DNA of 64,000 bases from the NCBI RefSeq assembly GCF_963921235.1, contig NC_086098.1, positions 9,176,001-9,240,000 on the forward strand, written 5' to 3'. The position numbers were made by a program, and so were the translations under genes. Shown here one piece after another: positions 62,125-64,000 of this stretch (positions are counted from its first letter, which is position 1; every line of letters begins with the position of its first letter). Origin of the DNA: Mobula hypostoma. Its lineage: Eukaryota. The notes beneath the pieces are model-generated. The model searched no databases and was not told where the DNA came from. It saw only the letters and a list, made by a program, of their open reading frames with translations.

Positions 62125-63917
62125 CGTATTAGATATCAAAGTACTGGTCTGAAGACTCTAATTCACAATACTTTTACCATGATGAAGACTTGAAGACTTG
62201 TATTTTTAACAAGTCATTGACAAAGGTCATAAGTCACGAGCTTTTGATCCAATTTCTATCAATAAGTAATTGATTTAAAACATGTTAAAGTGCTTTAATG
62301 TGCTTGATGTCTATGTATAAAAAGCTATTAAGTGAGTCCAATTCCATGGGGCAGGTGTTCTTTTCTTTAGTGATAGAGCTGTACTTTAGAAGTTCGCTGA
62401 TTTATAGTCATACAATATCAGCAACCAGAGATTATTAAGCAAAGTTAGAGTTGGAAATAAAGTGCTTTGGATACAAGATGTACTATACCAGCAGTTCAAA
62501 TCAGTCTCTCCTTCCGAGAATATCGATGGGGTCGGAGCTCTTGGCCAAATCTACTCAGTGTGTAATTTCACCCATCTTTTGCTGTGAGTAATAGCATAAG
62601 AAAATAGTCCCCCACCTCTGCCTCCCCTTTGCTTCATGTGTGTACCTCAGTGACACAGCTAAACTGGGAGTAGATTTTTTTGTTTTTGGTATAGTTGTTA
62701 CATTTAATATTAAATAGTCATATAGCACTACAGCATAGAAACAGGACCTTCAACGAATCTAGTCTGTGCTGTCCTGGTCTTCTGCTTTTTCTCATCTACT
62801 TGCAGCGAAACCTGAGATCATTTGAAATCACCCTCTGAGTAAACAAGTTGCTCCTGAGATTCCCATAAGGCATAGGAGCAGAATTGTCATGCCTTGCCCA
62901 GAATTCCTCTGAATGCATTAATATAGACTTCCTTTAATGCTTTTGCGCCAGTTTGCTCTGTACATCTTTGCCCTCTCCAACTATCTATGTAAACAGAATG
63001 GTTTTTGCACTATTGCCTAATATAGAAATATGTATTGTTTCATTCATTGAGCCATTGAGTCACAGAGGGCTACAGCACAGAAACAGGCCCTTTGGCCCAT
63101 CTAGTCTGTCCTGAACTATTAATCTGCCTTAGTCCCATTGACCTGTACCTGGAAAAGAGCCACAGAGCACTACATTTAGTGGAAAGTAGAATATATTATG
63201 ATGATTAATCATTTATAATAAGTAAACAAGACATTGATTCTGATAGAATTCGTAGTATTTGCTTTAAATGAATTATTTTGTGGAAATGAAAAAGCAGTAG
63301 TCTCGAGTTATTAATCGTTTATTTATGCAGTTATGCATTGAGCTATCAAACGTACTGAATTGAAAACAAATTGGTTGAACAGATGCATTGTGAGTGCATA
63401 CCAGAAGGAAATGTATTGTTCTGGCTGCACTGAGACACCAGCTAAGTTTGAAGTTAACCATATGTGGGAAAATTGGAAACAGTTTTGAGTTTGGTTGGAG
63501 ACTTGCTCATGATTCTTCAACTGTCAGTGAACAATGAATTGGTAGAGATTAAATGAATTTTGGGCTTGTTGGGGAAAATGGCACAGATCCAGTGGGCTGG
63601 ATGAGATTGAATGGGAAGATGATCTCTTGTTTGAGAACTGATGGATCAGGTTGCAGAAAGTAGTGGTAATAGGGAGTAGCTGGTGAAGAAGACACTAGTC
63701 TAGGTAGACAGAATCATTCTTCAAACCTGTCAGTTAGCTGGACAACAATTAGAGATAGTTTAAGTCATGAGAAGGATAAGTTAAATAATGGTTAATAGAA
63801 ACAAACTGGTTAAACATATCCATTTGGTGTTGAGGAGGAAGATTTCCAACAAGATTTGCAAAATACTTTATGCTTTTTTAAACTGCTTTCTCAACCTGCT
63901 CTGCCCTTTCATATATG

Positions 63918-64000
63918 TATAGTATTGTGCAAAGGTGTTAGGCACATATATGTGGCTAGGACGCCTAAGACTTTTACACAGTACCGTATTAGTCAACGTG
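63918..64000. mobile_element. Tc1-like TIR pair forming a short hairpin at the window edge
   Basis: agtattgtgcaaaggtgttaggc and gcctaagacttttacacagtac are imperfect inverted repeats. Confidence 0.55.

Noticed and set aside
62547..62677. 10-bp inverted repeat aaatctactc/gagtagattt
   Set aside because: Short enough to be chance; no convincing inner pairing

Overview
Eukaryotic, AT-rich, repeat-dense DNA with no host protein-coding exon that I can identify; it reads as a very long intron or gene-poor region. The repeat set (decayed CR1 LINEs, Penelope-like elements (PLEs) with GIY-YIG endonuclease, V-domain and Deu-like tRNA SINEs, Rex1/Babar-type and RTE LINE pieces, Tc1/mariner relics) points to a cartilaginous fish, probably a ray; this is inference from repeat families only. 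Every ORF of the track that I can assign is a decayed transposon fragment. Main observations: (1) about 15 copies of a minimal hammerhead-ribozyme motif (CUGAnGA-A-GGG..CCC-GAAAC-GUC, loop-less stem III) in PLE pLTRs, some with perfect cores or apparent compensatory changes; (2) short fold-back elements made of two inverted pLTR arms, three of four containing that motif; (3) several RTE-derived internally deleted elements, some with clear target-site duplications (TSDs), keeping a structured GC-rich 5' region that could be a ribozyme or cis element; (4) many nested insertions. Boundaries of old repeats are approximate (tens of bp) and family names come from motif recognition, not database searches.
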